Source: a virus. From it: a stretch of 64,000 nt of DNA. Below, in pieces: positions 62,900 to 64,000 of this stretch; positions within the stretch are counted from its first letter, which is position 1, and every line of letters begins with the position of its first letter. Both the position numbers and the translations under genes were made by a program. The stretch is from the IMG/VR virus record IMGVR_UViG_3300047491_001507; one strand, 5' to 3'. Below the pieces are notes generated by a model that saw only the letters and a list, made by a program, of their open reading frames with translations, did not search any database and was not told the origin of the DNA.

Positions 62900-63106
62900 A
62901 TGGAATTGGAATTTTGTACCAATCAACAACTTATCGATGAATTGGTAAACCGCTCTACTTTTGCTGGAATTATTATTTACTCTGAAGATGAAAACAGAGA
63001 TATTTTACAAAATCATGATCAATTCGATTTAGTAACCAAAACTTCCCCGCAAGAAACTATTGATGTACTAGAAGCAGCTATTCAAGAGTTGCAGCCTCTT
63101 ATTTAA
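62900..63106 (+). CDS. small acidic hypothetical protein
   Basis: 68-aa ORF three nucleotides after the previous stop. Confidence 0.3.
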   Translation: MELEFCTNQQLIDELVNRSTFAGIIIYSEDENRDILQNHDQFDLVTKTSPQETIDVLEAAIQELQPLI

Positions 63107-64000
63107 CGCTTTCACTTAAAAAATAAACAAATGATTCATATGTCTTGTTTAATTCAGAAAGTATTTCAATATCATTAGGAGTCTTCTGCTCTTCTCCAAA
63201 TTCTATTACTAACGAAAAACAACCGTGACGATAATACCAATCAGCTTCCGTGCCAAATATTGGATATCCATAATTGTTCCGTAATTGTAGTTTCTTGTAG
63301 CCACTTAATTCAGTCATCTTGCTTAATATTTTGCGGTATTTAGCATCGTCTGGAGTTCTGTCTGATGTGTCTCCATATGGGTATAAAAATACTTGACCAT
63401 TACTATGCCCCGATATGGCTGCTGCTGGCTTGATTTTTAGAAAAAATTCCTTCAGTCGTTCTATTGGAATACATGAATCTCTTTCTGGATAACGGTATTC
63501 AGAAAAATCTCGGTTTGGATCTACTCCATCTACATACCGACTTTCTTGATAACTATCTGGACTCACCACTGGTATAAAATATAAATCCCGATTGTCCAAT
63601 AGCTCTTTTATCTCTGGTCTAGATTGATATTCCACTAACAAACGACCTATGTAATCCATTATCATAGCTGTCGAATATAATTCATTGCCATGAATGGTTC
63701 CTGTCGCTAATATTACTGGCTGCATTCTTTTGCTTGGATTAATCCTAAAATACACCAAATCTCTATTGCCAGAAGACTTACCGTATGTACCTATTTCGGT
63801 ATTTTCGGGACATTCTTTGTGCCATTCATTTAATTGAACGATTAATTGATGATAGTTCAAAATACTAGGTGACGGATTGTTTATTCTATATGGAATTGCT
63901 TCTTTTTCTTCTAATAACAAAGAAAATCCGCCACTTTCTATTAAATTATTTCGTTTTCCTGCTAAAATTAAGAGTAATACAAATATTGTTATATTAACTA
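63099..64000 (-). CDS. M14-family zinc carboxypeptidase, N-terminal part beyond the window
   Basis: ILATGTIHGNELYS carries the HxxE zinc site. ISGHSNGQVFLYPYG matches the second M14 His block. The reading frame stays open to position 64000 and there encodes a hydrophobic signal or anchor (NITIFVLLLILAG). Confidence 0.6.
   Translation of the reverse strand, partial: VNITIFVLLLILAGKRNNLIESGGFSLLLEEKEAIPYRINNPSPSILNYHQLIVQLNEWHKECPENTEIGTYGKSSGNRDLVYFRINPSKRMQPVILATGTIHGNELYSTAMIMDYIGRLLVEYQSRPEIKELLDNRDLYFIPVVSPDSYQESRYVDGVDPNRDFSEYRYPERDSCIPIERLKEFFLKIKPAAAISGHSNGQVFLYPYGDTSDRTPDDAKYRKILSKMTELSGYKKLQLRNNYGYPIFGTEADWYYRHGCFSLVIEFGEEQKTPNDIEILSELNKTYESFVYFLSESVK

Noticed and set aside
1-64000. 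tRNA, rRNA, CRISPR arrays and reverse-transcriptase or DGR elements
   Set aside because: Intergenic space is minimal. No cloverleaf-like conserved tRNA features (GTTC/TPsiC arms with anticodon stems) are visible in non-coding stretches. No ORF carries RT motifs such as YxDD, and no ORF carries Cas signatures other than the stand-alone Cas4-like nuclease.

Overview
This window looks like a compact, AT-rich genome segment of a tailed dsDNA phage or prophage. Its host probably uses Shine-Dalgarno sites, since AGGAG-type sequences precede most starts. Rho-independent terminators are visible.

Three blocks are recognisable.

(1) 1-15.8 kb. Small zinc-binding genes and a PD-(D/E)XK endonuclease come first. 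A minus-strand HK97-type head module follows, with the major capsid protein, scaffold, S78-like prohead protease, a 560-aa virion protein, an intein-containing portal and the large terminase. Directly upstream of the terminase sits a tandem paralog of its ATPase domain that lacks the nuclease domain.

(2) 15.8-34 kb. This is an accessory block. It holds a membrane-anchored M28 peptidase, an HEXXH metalloprotease, a trypsin-like protease, an extremely acidic D/Y-repeat protein, a Cas4-like nuclease and a Zn-ribbon/TOPRIM primase. It also holds a 765-aa tandem-repeat protein, an actin-like ATPase with a tandem-duplicated partner, several GT9-like glycosyltransferases and a putative sialyltransferase/Maf-like glycosyltransferase. 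The glycosyltransferases surround a Ser/Thr-rich, apparently highly expressed structural gene.

(3) 35-60 kb. This is a minus-strand tail module. It carries three paralogous PKD-domain fibre proteins, a gpI-like baseplate protein, a baseplate J protein, a gp25/gpW-like protein, a gpV/VgrG-like spike with a Cys/His-rich tip and a hub. It also has a LysM-like tail-X protein, a 1353-aa tape measure protein and candidate chaperone, tube and sheath genes upstream.

The right end encodes a CCA/poly(A)-polymerase-family nucleotidyltransferase with substituted catalytic carboxylates, a histidine-phosphatase-family protein and an M14 carboxypeptidase that runs off the window.

The most interesting candidates are a virion-protein glycosylation system, the actin-like module, the terminase ATPase paralog and the nucleotidyltransferase/phosphatase pair. 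I found no CRISPR arrays, tRNAs, rRNAs or reverse transcriptases.
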